A DNA stretch of 61,123 bases, counting the filler, from Asterionella formosa (taxonomy: Eukaryota), in assembly GCA_002256025.1 (NCBI GenBank). It is 11 parts of 11 records of this genome, joined end to end, with 100 filler letters (N's around TTAATTAATTAA, not from the genome) between each part and the next. Parts side by side here need not be neighbours in the genome. Positions count along the whole stretch, not along the records: positions 22,301 to 27,768 come from NKIB01013054.1; positions 27,869 to 33,339 come from NKIB01013055.1; positions 33,440 to 38,903 come from NKIB01013056.1; 8 more parts are not named here. The stretch is one strand, 5' to 3'. A program made the translations under genes and the position numbers. The notes below the pieces were generated by a model. The model was not told where the DNA came from. It did not search any database and saw nothing but the letters and a program-made list of their open reading frames with translations. Shown here piece after piece: positions 25,758 through 39,003 of the stretch (the first letter of the stretch is position 1; the number at the start of each line of letters is the position of its first letter).

Positions 25758-26310
25758 TGTATAATGGCTAAAATAATCGAGCGGTCATTTTCGTAAATCA
25801 TGAAACACTAGATAATCGCTGCCTCACAATTCATGCCATTTCAAACTGAAACGGAAACGGAAACTGAAACGGAAACTGTCCAGGGTTTATATGTAATGAA
25901 TGATCCTCTAAGATTGGCAGGCCCACCCAGTAGGGGTGAGGTCGGGGGTTCGATACTGTCGAATGCCCCGAACTGTATCAGGACTCATAGGTAGGGATTA
26001 GGGCTGCAAAGGCACGATTTCCTTCTCTGCACCAAGCACGGGACATAGGGACATATAATGTCCCCCACCACCTGATGACAATCCGGCATGATGACAACCA
26101 GGTAGAATAGGGACCGTCAGTAGAAACGGTGTACTCCTTTGAGCGGTACAAGAAGCAAAAGCTCCTGCTAGCAAGTGAAGATACGGGAAGCGAGCAAAAC
26201 TTCCCCCCCTACTTAGGATTGCTCATGTTAAAATTTCTTTTGTTACGTGATACTGGTACTCTATATACTATTGTAATTCTTCTTTTGGTCATTCTGCTTC
26301 TTTAACTACA
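25758..26310 (+). repeat. LTR-like direct repeat, copy 2
   Basis: Begins TGTA and ends TACA. Carries a short internal GAAAC duplication near 25850-25875. Confidence 0.9.
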
Positions 26311-27868
26311 ATAGCAATAGCGGTTTCAATGGCGCTTTATTTTTGTGGGAAACCATTTTCGCGAGCAAAGGCGGACGTGAATAAAGAATGCTCACATCAT
26401 GAACTCTTCTCAACATCAAACTATACAATCATCTCATCAAGATTCGAAGTGTCTCATATCTGGAATCTGATGGTAGAAGCGAGGACTCTGTCAAAGATAC
26501 AATGGATTGTACAAAACAACGTGAAACAAGTTATAGATTTGGTGCCATGAGGGATAATGAAGCTTTGATTCAACCATGACAACACACTTTTTTGTGACAC
26601 TTCTTGTACAACTCTGCTAGTACACCTAGCTTGTTTTTCTCTTGGCTTATGATGGTTGCGTGATTAATTAAAAAACCGGAGATGACGAGACATTCATGTG
26701 ATCACAACATAATAGTTAAATTCCTTTGTTCTGTTGTGTTCCACAAGACCAGTAAATTAATATGTATGTAAAAGAAATCCACCCACCACCTCGAGACGGA
26801 ATGCCCTGCCTACTCTTCATTTAATGTCAGGTCTATCAATATCTCAAAGCCACCACCACTACTAGCTGTACCATTTCTTCTGTAGGACCTGCGGGAGGTG
26901 CTATTGCAAATAATACGCATGGCCTCCTCCTTGCTCCTTCGATCCACTTGCAAGGAATCCTTGGTATGTTCCGTAATGAGGAGAGCTGCTACCGCTTCTG
27001 CTTCTTCATCTTGATGAAACAAGAATGCATCCTGTGATATCAATGGTGGATCTGGTATTGTTACAAACTCCTTACTAAGTGTGCGTGAAATGCTGATGGA
27101 TCAAACGCGTCATTGAAAAACGTTGGGAGATGTAGCTTCCTCAGTCAGCCCCTTCAGAAAACGAGGAAAGAAACGAGCTTTTTGTGGATTTGATTTTCAT
27201 TGCTGGTATTCTATTGACTGCGTTCCCACTTGTGCTTGACTTTCCAATGTTCCACCATTTTTGTTTGACAACTTGTCTTCGCGAATTGAGTTACTGGGCC
27301 TAGCCACGTCACTATTGTTCATTATTGGATGTGTCATTCTGACTACCGGTATCATCGATTGGATCCTTGAGTTGCACTTGTTCGCTCAATTCATTGTCGT
27401 GGTCGTTGGGTGGACTTTTTGAACCGTTGGTCAATTCTTACTTCTATACATATACTAATATATTTATATCTACCAGTTAACCTACCGGTATTGTGTCCTG
27501 GTACCTGTTATGGTCCCAGTATTGCAACGCACTATGTATTTGTATCCATACATATCCTGTTATGTGTGTATGATCAAAACCGGCGGTGGTCCTTGACTAT
27601 TCGGTACCGAAATGTTTACTATATGCCACTGCTAAAATATCCCGCATGGCTGATTCTTTACAGTCATACATTCGAACGAATCGATATATCCATGCATATC
27701 TTCGACTCATACGCACCGACTTTTGCACCTGCAGGTATTGTACCCCCTGGTACTCCGATGCTTAGCTGNNNNNNNNNNNNNNNNNNNNNNNNNNNNNNNN
27801 NNNNNNNNNNNNTTAATTAATTAANNNNNNNNNNNNNNNNNNNNNNNNNNNNNNNNNNNNNNNNNNNN

Positions 27869-29354
27869 ATTGAATTATTATCGAGATGAAGTTCAGTCAA
27901 GACAGTATTGACCTTGAGAGCCTCTGCAATGGCCTTGGCTCCGTCATCACCAATAGAATTATTGCAGAGATGAAGTGTAGTCAAGACAGTATTGACCTTA
28001 AGGGCCTCTGCAATGGCCTTGGCAACATTATCACCAATTGAATTTCGTCTGAGACGAAGTGTAGTCAAACTTGGATCATATTCTTTCAATAGGTCGACAT
28101 ATCTTTCAAAATCTGCATTCCCACTATGAAGCTCATTGATAATAATATTCTTCTTCAAAATCTCGTAATTTTTAAAGATAAGAGCCTTAATCACAGACCG
28201 GTTCGTTTCGTTGTTGGAAACAATTTTTTTCAAACATCAAAATATTCAGAAGTGGTATCCGATGCCACATCAACGGAGTCCAAAGCATTTATCAACCACG
28301 GCAGGGCATGCTTGGCAAGCAACGGAATAGAAAGAACGAAATCATGTGTTTTCATCCTAATCTTCGACGTCGTGCTCATTGCAGAGCTGGATCGAGCACT
28401 CTCCGGACCACCTTCCCACAGCACAAGCGTTATAACAAAATTTTCAGCCATTCGATTAGGCAAAACTATGAACGTTTTAGACGTTTTTGTTGACCAAAAT
28501 AAGAAACGGAGAAACTTCAAGAAGTCTGAAATTGTTGAAGTCGAAATTCCCTCGTCAAAAACAACCATGGCAGTAAGATTGCGCAAAAGACCTTCAGCAC
28601 TAGATAGTGATTCTAAAAGTTTGACACCCACCTCATCTAAATCAAAATCACTTGTCTTCTCAAGAGGAAGTGAAGTCGACCCTATGTTTCCAAAAAGATA
28701 ACATATTAGAATCCGAAGGGCCGCTGCGTTGGCCATTCGACAACGCGTTTGGTCTGCGGTGGAGGATCAATGCCGGCATTTCGGCATGTTACCCAACCAC
28801 GCGAGGGGGAGGTTGCAACTCCTCATCTTCCTTCGACTTGTACTGGTAATAATCAATGTCTCTATCCGTTCCCAGTTGCTCTTCGTCTGCCTCAGATAGA
28901 AACCACCATTTTCGCTGTGAGCGCATTGTACAAAAAACAGTGTCAGGTCCTTTCTGGGAACACCGGGCATACCAGTCAGCTGTAATCAGTCCTGCGAATT
29001 CGAACATTCCGTTGACAAATTGGACACCTCCTGCTTGAGACACCTCGAACATCTTTGGTGGTGGACGATGATTTTTGCATGCCTCGATACAATCCTTGAG
29101 CTGTTCCCAACCAGTTAGTCTCAAGGGAAGTGATCGAGACGTGATCACATCAAAATCAAACCGCGCCAAACCGAATAAAACTTATATATCTGCTTTCGAC
29201 GACGAGAGACAACGAGACGATCAAAGATTTTCTGCAAATACTCGCGACGACAGGTGATGATCAGCTCCGGTGGTTGTTTCTTGAGGGATTCATTGGTGAA
29301 GCTGTTCATGTAATCCATCACAGCTTGTGACACCATGATTGCATGATCTTCCAT
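27869..29354 (-). pseudogene. Broken multi-frame gene ending in ribonuclease-inhibitor-type (NLRC3-like) 28-aa leucine-rich repeats
   Basis: LTTLHLCNNSIGDDGAKAIAEALKVNTV repeats (84-bp period) run off the contig edge. Upstream ORFs 28230-28736, 28789-29169 and 29145-29354 abut or overlap in different frames. Confidence 0.7.
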
Positions 29355-30323
29355 CTCCTTTGCAGACGACTTGTCATCGTTTACAATTTGTTGACTGGGA
29401 ACGGCATCAAACGAGTGCGTTCAGAATCTGATGCAAAAACTCCAACAAAGTGAAAAGCGGTGTATTGATCCTGACTGACAAATAGTCAGCAAGCATTGAG
29501 AAACCGCCTTTGGCATGGAACCATTGAATCATGCATCGCGACCCGAATTTCAAAAAGCCCATTCAAGTGATTTTTTCACATTCCAATTCCCTTTGTAGTA
29601 AAGCTTTCTTTCGATTGAAAATAAGAGTTCTAGAACTGGAAGCAAGGAACACTTGCCTTTGCGTTTTTGTTGGATCTTAATGTCATTCGCAATGATCACG
29701 GTCGTAAACTACAAACTTACTTCCACACAACTACTACATTCCTGTTGTCAGATCGTTAAAGGCTGTTTGCTCTATACGAGAATTCCAAAAACTTGGTGCA
29801 TGTATCCCTCAACAAAACGCCGTGCGAGTTCCGATACCTTGGTACCAGAAACCGATTCGATGCATCCAGTGATTCAACTGCATTTTTCCATACAACTGCG
29901 CATCGAGCCGGAGAATGATCGAAGAGTTAGCATTATACCCGGTAGTCATTCAGCTCTGGAATTTCCTTGTCCGAAATTGCTCGTCAGAAATAAAAGATAT
30001 TTGATCCGGCATACCGTAGGCCTCGGTAGTCTTCTACTGAGGACAGAAAACACCTCCAAGGTATTGGCAAATTTTTACGTGGTCAGTATGAGGTATGTAA
30101 CAGCTCAAAATTCTACCGTGTAGAATTTTTGGTAGAATTTTTTCACTCGTTTGGGTAGCATCTTCTACCTCATCATAATAACTAGGTTAGGGTTAACAGT
30201 GATATTTTCCAGGGCGAAAATTCTACCCATTGTATTGTTATCAACAAAAAAAACATGCCTTGTGAATCAAGAATACCTCCTGTAGCAGATAAGGGCGTAC
30301 AATAATATAATAATAAAATCATC

Positions 30324-31648
30324 ATGACAAGGACAAGAGGAATGAACGAGCCTCAACAATGGGCTCAATATAAGAGGATACTAGCTGCTATGATGTCCTA
30401 TAGAGATGGAATGGACTATGATTTCAACTTTGAATTTAGTCAAGAGCAGCTAGGTGAATTGCAGCCTGAGGACATCTACAAATGGATGGCATTCAAAGTG
30501 TATGGTCGTCCAGACCCAAATGGCGATGACAATCCAACATTAGGCCGATCAACTTCCCTGCAGTACTATAAAAAAGCACTGTCATACTTTATGCCAAACA
30601 AACTTGCCAGTTGGAATAGTCTCATCAGGTGTGGCAACCCAACCAGGTCAATTCCTGTCAATGAACTGATCAAGGCAGTGAAAAAGCCTCTGGAGTTGGA
30701 TGAGTTCACCAACACTATTACTTGCCTTCGATCATGCTCTGATGGCGTCCGGCGCTACCAGATGCCTGCACTTTGCACATTCCAGTTTCAAATGGTTGGC
30801 CGCATTGATGATTGTTGTCAATTAAAAAAAGAAAATGTACTGCCCTGTGTGCGCTCTGATCTACCAGCTATGCTGGAATAAGAATGTGAAAGAGGAGAGA
30901 GAGGCACCCAAACAAATTCTCCTTGGAGCCATATCGCCGCTCTATTGTGCGTGTTCTTCTTTCCATGTCGATTCATCTTGAGACGGAATCAATGGACAGA
31001 GGCGCATCCCCTGAAAATCCCTGGGTCTTCCCTCTTGAAACCAACAATCCAATAGTTGCGAAAAAGAGGGCATATGAGATCCTGAAGGAGGAATGGAACA
31101 ATGGTGAGTTCCAGAGATTAAATAGTGGTCCGATTGGAACACACAGTCTACGAAAGTATCCATCGACATATTCACAACAATGCGGCTGCTCGCGAGACAA
31201 TATTGACTTCAGAGGGCGCTGGAAACGAACAAAGAAACAAATTGATACTTACATTGATGTTGAGCTTCCTTATCCTGATGCAAAGATTGCTTGCAGCTTC
31301 TCTTTGCATTAGAGGACCATGTAAGTATGTCCTTGTTGAGAATTGCGGACTCTTGGATGTGTGGCTTCTGGAATATGTTGTTCCAAATATTGACGTTGGC
31401 CCACCCACTTTTGTGGGCTTCTTTTGAGTCAACCCTACAAGAGTGTCAAGAATGTTAGCCCGAGTCACAAGGATTGTGAACTCGATTGTAATCGAACGAG
31501 TCAAATAATGCATTGCCACATCAATCAGCTGTCTAACGAGATCAAAGATTTGAAGATTTCTATGGAAATGTTAAGTGGAAACTTGAAGAGAGTCTTAGAA
31601 CGACTTTGCAGGAAGCAAAGATGCATGGAAAGGAAACATTTAGTTTAG
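30324..31648 (+). mobile_element. Crypton (CryptonS-like) tyrosine recombinase, frameshifted
   Basis: YKKALSYFMP..W..GNPTRS..VN.LIK.VKK; catalytic GRIDD (R), GTHSLRK (HxxR), RGRW and DTYID (Y); LPYPDAKIA..LC..GPCKY. Confidence 0.85.
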
Positions 31649-31694
31649 CTTATAATTTAATTTGAGTTTTAGATTATCAACCAAGGAAACAGTG

Positions 31695-33339
31695 TGTTAA
31701 TTGACAGGAATCTCAATTAGTCTATCTAGCAGGAAGGCTAGAAGCAGAGACAAGAGATAAAGTAAGTGGTACTAGGTAGTACTACAATCATGTAAGAGTC
31801 TACGTGAAGAGAGACCCAGCCTGTGGGAAGGAGTACGGACCATTTCAACACCACGCTTTAAAGTGGATAGGTTTGAAAGGGTACTCAAGTTGGGAATTGA
31901 CGACGAATCGTCAGGAGTGCGGTCGCCAACATTTGACGGTACCAATGCCAAGTGGCATGTTTGGAAAGCGAAGTTTGTGGCCTATGCCTGCTACAAAGGT
32001 TTTGAAGGAATCCTAAATGGAGATGAAGTATCACCAGGTGAGAGAGATTCAGCTGGAATGAAGATTGTTCCGAGCAACAACAATGAGAAGCGTGCGAAAC
32101 GAAATAAGACGGTTGCCTATGCAAGTTTGATTATGGCATGTCAGAGTGAACCATTTGGATACGTAAATGGTGCCAGAAGTGAAGAGTTCCCCAATGGAAA
32201 TGCGAAGGAAGCATGGGACAAGTTAGTGTCTATGTACGAGTCAAGTAATATGGCAAATGTGATTGCCTTCTTGTCAGGTCAGTGGACAAAATGCACGATT
32301 AACGAGAATGAGAACCCCAACATTTGGTTTGTGGAGTCGGATAGAATTCGAGAACGATTTAGCCATACGAGCTCCGCAATTTCGGATGGTGCCTATGTGG
32401 CCCACGTTGTCAACAACCTACCGGAAGTCTACAAGAGTTTGGTGGTTGGAAAATTTGGTCTCGCGAGCTCCGAGCTCACGATCCAAGAGGTCAAGAAGAA
32501 TGTACGCGACTATTACGATTTGTATGTGCGTGACGAAACCAAGACGAGTAAGAATGGCGAGCAGGCCTTCTTTTCAAAATGCAAGTTTGAGGGAGACTGT
32601 AGGAGGAAGTGTGGCAAGTATGGCCACAAGGCAGCAGTTGATTGCCGACGCAAGGGCAATACTACAGAAAAGAGAGAATTAACTCCCGAGCAACGGAATA
32701 AGACAAAGAATGTGAAGTGTTGTAATTGCCAGAAGATGGGGCACTATGCCAGTGAGTGCGACAATCAACAAAATGCACCAATCAAACAGAAGGGCGAAGA
32801 CACCAACACCACAACGCAAGGAATGTTCGTGGTGACGAGTATTGAAGCAAGGTACAACGAAGAGGTAAATCATACGTGCGTGCATAAGGACCGTTGGCTA
32901 CTAGATAGTGGTGCTATGGTACATATATGCAATGATGAGCGCATCATGGAGGACAAGTGGGCAGTGCGTGAAACTGTTCTTGTGGGAAAGGGGCGGTGCA
33001 GCAATTGTTGCGACCGTATCAGGCACGGTGACCCTTACAACGACAGACAAAGGAAAAGTGTTGAAACTCACCAATGTGCTCTATGCACCGGAGTTCAAGC
33101 AGAACATCATCAGCATTTCGAGAATTATTGACAAGGGAAATAATGTTATGTTTGACGATGATAAGATGACCATCAGAAACAACAACGGATTTTTGATCTG
33201 CAAACGTGATGAAACGAGGACAATTGGTGCAATGTACCATGTGCAAGGAACGCCTATTCTAAAGGAAACGGTGTTGGAGGTTGAACAAGAAAGCGAGAAG
33301 CCAACACAACAATCTATCGACTATGATACTAAAGAAGAC
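31695..33339 (+). mobile_element. Ty1/Copia element 5' part: LTR (31695-31850), gag, protease
   Basis: TGTT...AACA candidate LTR. PTFDG..W..WK.KF gag start, GNAKEAWDKL, two CCHC knuckles and WLLDSGA protease. Frameshift near 32990. Confidence 0.9.
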
Positions 33340-34187
33340 NNNNNNNNNNNNNNNNNNNNNNNNNNNNNNNNNNNNNNNNNNNNTTAATTAATTAANNNNN
33401 NNNNNNNNNNNNNNNNNNNNNNNNNNNNNNNNNNNNNNNTATTTCAATGTTTTAGACATACTAACTGATCAAATGTAGCGAAATAGAGGTTCAACGCAGT
33501 TTTTAGGTGGTGGGCGGTACCAGGTACCAGCAGGTTGGACTTGTACCTGGTAGTATCTCCACGCTTACATATCCATACGTATGTTTGGACTACGACAAGT
33601 ACAGTATAATGGTTCGTTTCGTCCAGTTAGTTACCTGTATATAAGTTTGGCATATATACCAGTACTTGGTACCAGGTACGGTACCAGGTACACACAAGTG
33701 GACCACTGGGCATACCTGGTACGGTAAGTTGCCACGTAACCTATTCACTATACAACATACATTAACCATGTGTCGTATGTAGGCCGAATTAGTACACTCA
33801 CATACTACATGCCGGTACCAGGTAGTACCGGTAGACGAGTTCGGCAAGCAAGGCCGTTTCTAGAATCCTCACCTCCAATTAATTGCCACCACTCCAGCAC
33901 CTCGCCGTGGATTGATGCGCAACAAGTAGAAACGAGAAACTCGGGAAGCAAGGGAAATCTTCTGCATGCGCGCTCCTTGCGTTTTGCTGCCCCCTCTCGA
34001 AAACGCTTCAGTCTGACGATTTGAAACTATAAAAGCAAGCAGGCAGATACCGACCTAAAATAAAAATAAGAACTCACTCCCAATTTGCAACTCGCTCTTG
34101 AAGTTTCTACTACTCCATTACACTTGTTGGAATTGCTGTTGAACACACAGCTCTACATTCTAGGTTGCAAAGAGTACGCGAACAAAC

Positions 34188-36172
34188 ATGTCCACTGAGG
34201 AACAAGCGGAGGGAGAGGAGACTCGCGACGAGGCGACCACAAACGGACTGTCCGAAGATATCGACGATGAACAGTTTACTGCGACTGAGCCCGTCGAACC
34301 GAGTGTTGCGGACCCTGTTACTACCGAAGATATCGCTCCCGAAGCAGATTTAGCAGTCACGGGAGGACTGGATGAAAAGACCCAAGAAGCTCCTGAGGCA
34401 CCAAACGCAGAGGATATGTTGAATGCCTTCCCATACAGGGAGCAGGCGCTGGGAGAAACCACTCCGGAACGAACACATTCTCTCCCCCCCTCTCCATCGT
34501 TTTCTCCTCCTAGGTATGAAAGTATTGGAGAGTCAGATCGCAGGGCCATTCACTCCAAGCTCCGCGCTTACGAGAATCGCCGCCGCATGGCCTATACCAC
34601 CAAACTGGAGTCGTCGTCCCTTTATTGGCGGTCCTTTCGGGAGTTGCTGAGTGCTTCGGTCCACGAAACGGCAAGAGCCGAACGAATGGTGTTGGGAACT
34701 GCCATGGCCAATAAGGCATACGCGGAATCGATGCAAGCGTCGTACGACGATGTCTTTCTGGACGATCGAGGTGCCATCGTGAATGATCTGAAGAAGCAAA
34801 AGAAGTTGTTGGATATTCGGTCCATTCAAGCATACGATGTCGCCCCTATCGGAAAGACGGAAGAAGGGAAAAGATTTACCGTGAAGGTCCCAGAGGAGCG
34901 CAAGTCAAATATGCTTCACACCTTAATTGAGTCGCAGCTGGAAATATCTTCTAAATTTGGCGAAAATGCGGAAACCTTGGGAGCTGAAATTGCGACGGAA
35001 ATCAGTGACTTGCGAAAGGCATTGGCTGCTAAGGTGACAGAGATTAATCTAATTGGTGATACAATCATTGGCGAATTAGAAAAGACCGAAACGGAAGTAT
35101 CTGATGCATGGGGTAAGGTCATTCATTGTCCACGTTCTCGATTACAAATTGTTTTCACTCGTTCTTCTAACTTTATGCTACGTCCGCAGAGGCTTATTTT
35201 GCTACGGCAACCAAATCTATGGGTGGATCTAGCTTTTCGACCAGTATGCAACGTCGTGCAGGTGCTAGCGACCACCTGCCCAAGAATGAAGAGAAGGAAT
35301 TTGTTGACGACTGTTTGGATGTCTGGGTCGTTGAGATGCACTACAGAGTGGCCGTTGCCTACCAATCATCTGCTTGGGAAAAGGGATCTGCCGAACTATC
35401 CAAACTTTTTGCTTCGATGAAGGAAACGGAATGCAGCCGAAGATCTGACCTTCGCGAATTTTTGGTGGCATTTTGTCAACGTCAAGAACGCCTCTTCACC
35501 AGTCTTCCTGAAATTCATTCGCCAGTCTTGCAAGATTTGGTAGGTCGTCCTATGGATAGCGACACAGTAGAATTTGCAGTCCAGGCTGCGATTAAGAAAA
35601 AGGCGCAGCAATTGCAGAAGGAAGATTCCAAGAAACCAGGCAGGCAAACGCCACCGAGTTTGCAAGGAGCTGAAAGCACTGATGATTCCTTTTCATTGGA
35701 TTCTCCTCTGATGAGTGAGTTGATTTGCAAAAGCAAAGTTGTTGAAGTTCGAACATCAGGTCTAATGGGAAATTTTAAGTTTGTGCTGGCAATTGTTACT
35801 GCCGATTCATTCCTTCACTTATTTGATGTACCACCTGGTCGTCTCAGTTCTGGCTCTGCTCCGGAAGTTGCCTTTCAAGCGTTGGTCCCGAAGGCCCAAA
35901 TTCCTACAAAGGAAACTGTCAAGAGTGGTAAAACCAATTTTTTGAAGGGATGGTGCGATCACTTAGCACCGACCGATTCATTCATTCTTACAAATTGTAC
36001 TTTATTGTATTCCACAAAAAAGGACTCGACTGCTTTTCAGATTGAAGAAACACTCCATTCCCAGGGTGCCGCTAAAATGTTTGGCAAGACCACATCCCGT
36101 AAAGTTACGCTACGAACGGTGAGCAAGCGAGAGACAGACGACCTGGTTGCCGCTTTGAAGGCTCAAAAATAA
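34188..36172 (+). CDS. Two-exon protein (~635 aa): acidic N-terminus, BAR-like coiled coil, C-terminal PH-like domain; exons 34188-35112 and 35190-36172
   Basis: A 77-nt intron GTAAGG...TTCTAAC...GCAG (35113-35189) joins the two ORFs in frame. PH-like VLAIVTADSFLHLFD. Domain calls are inference. Confidence 0.85.
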
Positions 36173-36711
36173 ACATTGCTCAAGAGCAGTCTGTAGTTCA
36201 TTGGTATTAAACAACTAAGTAGTGTCTAGGTCATTGGTATGAGATAGTGATAGCTAGAACCCTCTGTTCATTGGAAGAAACAATTGTTATCAGAAAGAAT
36301 TCATAAAATGAAGGAGGACCCACATGACAAGGAAATTGTACCACACTCTAATACTTCAAAACCACTTCAGCATGAATGAGATAAGTTGGCTTGCTAGCTA
36401 GACTGCACCCCCAAACTGAAATGTTGATGTAGGAAAAGAATGGAGTGATCTATAATACTATCTTCAGGTTGTGCCACGCTCTAATGCCTTAATACCACTT
36501 CACCATGAATGACATAAGTTGGCTTGCTAGCTAGACTGCAACTACAAACTGAAATGTTGGTGTAAGAAAAGAATGGAGCGATCTATAGTACTATCTTCAG
36601 GTCCATGTTTACAAGAATCTTTTTCGATGAGCAAGCAGGATTTATTTTTTTATCTAGCTACCTTGAGGAGAGTTGCTACTTATCAAGCCGCTGTCCGCAA
36701 GTGACATATTG

Positions 36712-36892
36712 GCAAGGTGATGTTCCTGTGCCACTGCTGCCTGTCAGGCCTATATTTAATGCTGATGGAACCTGTTTCTTCGACAGAAAAATTGGAATCT
36801 GGCCATTAGTAAAGCAATTGATGGCACTGAAAAACACTACCAATAAAGAAATGGGAACATTGGTAGCTGAGACAGTGGTGAATGTGGATTGA
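36712..36892 (+). mobile_element. Mariner (DD39D-type) transposase fragment
   Basis: KVMFLC..RP.F..DG.C.FD.KIGIWP.V...A..N..N...GT motif, with a frameshift. Confidence 0.7.
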
Positions 36893-37094
36893 AATATCTA
36901 TGTCAAAATACATTAAAAAAGTTGTGGATCTTGGCTTCATCATGATCCTCCAATCATGCATATGCAAGATCCTCTATAGTGGGCTAATGGTCATGAAAAT
37001 ATGTTCAACCCCCCCCCCCCCCAACCAACCACCACCACTATATGCATGGGGAAAGGGTCAATGCTCTGACATCTGACATATTCAATTTCCAGCA

Positions 37095-37290
37095 ACTGAA
37101 TTAGAAGCACAAAATGTGATGGATACTTGCTTTGTTGCTCCTCCTTACTGACTACCGGTATGCAGGTACGCAGCTAGAGCAACAATTCATTGTACAATAC
37201 CAACATCCCCCGGTGCTCTAGCTAGTGTTCAAAGAGATATGATTTTGAATATTAATTTGATCATAGATTTGCGATCATTACATCAATGAC
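37095..37290 (+). mobile_element. Gypsy integrase C-terminal fragment
   Basis: AQNVMDTCF..YAARATIH..SPGAL..RDMILNI, homologous to about 15985-16140. Confidence 0.65.
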
Positions 37291-39003
37291 ATAGTATTGG
37301 TATTTAAGTGTATGTCCTGTTCCCATGATGCATATGTAATACCGGCATGCGAGGTCTTGAGATTTCGTGACGGAACGCAAGCCCGTTGCTAAGTCGCACA
37401 AGAAACAACTGGCCAGCCGACAGGCCGTTTTACTTTAGAACTCACATGCTTGCTGGTACCAGCTACCACCCAGGTACCGGTACCTGGTACCGTACCGATG
37501 TTCTTGTTTGTTCATATCCTTGTTATGTCAATGTCATTACCGGTATACTATGGTACCAGGTACCAGGTACCCTGGTACCAGGTACAGTCAAACTCCTGGT
37601 CGACGACCGGTAACCTGATACTGGTACCTGGTACCCCAGGTACCAGGTACTCCCATCACATGAAATGTCGTGGTGGTTCCCGATGTGCTTTTGGCCTTGA
37701 TTCTATTTACCGGTACCTGGTATCTGAATTCAACAGGCAGTACATCATAGTGTACAAATGATGTGCTGGTTCTTGCCGTGACTGGTTTGCTCATATGATG
37801 TACAGGTACGTATGTACCTAGTTTTTACTACGGAGTTCCAGGTACCAGGTACTACCTGGCACAATTAGCAAGTTGCGGCAATTGTGCTGGAACTAAAACT
37901 TTAGCTTGCTTTATACTATATTAAATTGTTATTTAAGCCGAATGACCGCGACTTGCATGCAGGTACCAGTAGAGTTGCTGTATATCATACCTATACTTTT
38001 GGTGGTCCAAACTGTCATTTCAGCCCGAATCTCACTTCAGCTCATTTTATCTCGCAAGAAAGGCAGGAGCAGATTCATTTCCGCTCGCTGGGGCGGGCGG
38101 ATGCTGCAGAGGGCGGATGCTGCTGCTGACGACATGGACCAGTGCAAAGAAATCGATTTGTTTAGCCATGCATCTGTACTGTGCATACCAGTATGTAGGA
38201 GAGGGTCTATATGACATGTTCAAACTCAGCAGAACAAGGAGCTATATAAAATAGTCCTGTCGTCTAGTCTATACATATGCCTAATTATTAACGCGTTCTC
38301 ATTCTTTGGGGATTGAAATCACCATCCTTCAAACTTCCCGCTCTTCCTCGCATATTAGTTAATGAAAATAACTCTAGAGGTCTGTTTAAGAAGTACCGGT
38401 AACTGGAGTACCAGGTACGAGGTACCAGGTACTCAACATATCATAACATAGCTTGCATGGCATCATCAGGATAAAGCTACGGTAAATAGTACATGCAGTA
38501 CTCTCTATATAAATGACCAAGGAGGGAGGAGTACCAAGTTCTACCTGGTTTTTAATATTTATATAATTTAACTACCTGGTACCGGTAATGGAACATCAGT
38601 TGCCTATTTTTTCACAGCACTGTGCGTATCATTTCGATTCATTGCTCGTTGCCTCTTATAGTATTCAGTGCCCAGCCACGTACGACCACAATCCATACTC
38701 TCAACGTTCAACGTCCCTTCACCCCTACCCGCTAATTCCTATGCATCAGCAATGTCGACTTCCATTCCGTCCAACGAATGCGACTCGAAGGAATCTGCGT
38801 CGGGGGCTTCGGAAGGCTGTGAGAGCCTGTTTCTCGCTCAGGGGACTGGATCAAACGGAAGCAGAACGACGGGATCTCGAGGTCCAGATCCCAACCACGA
38901 TGCNNNNNNNNNNNNNNNNNNNNNNNNNNNNNNNNNNNNNNNNNNNNTTAATTAATTAANNNNNNNNNNNNNNNNNNNNNNNNNNNNNNNNNNNNNNNNN
39001 NNN

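Noticed and set aside
28126..28701. 191-aa plus-strand ORF
   Set aside because: Antisense shadow of the minus-strand LRR-linked gene. The same applies to shadows over the mannosidase, ATE1 and pol ORFs.
30107..30140. Cas12a-like CRISPR repeat (AATTCTAC...GTAGA)
   Set aside because: No regular repeat-spacer periodicity, mixed orientations, no cas genes, and eukaryotic context.
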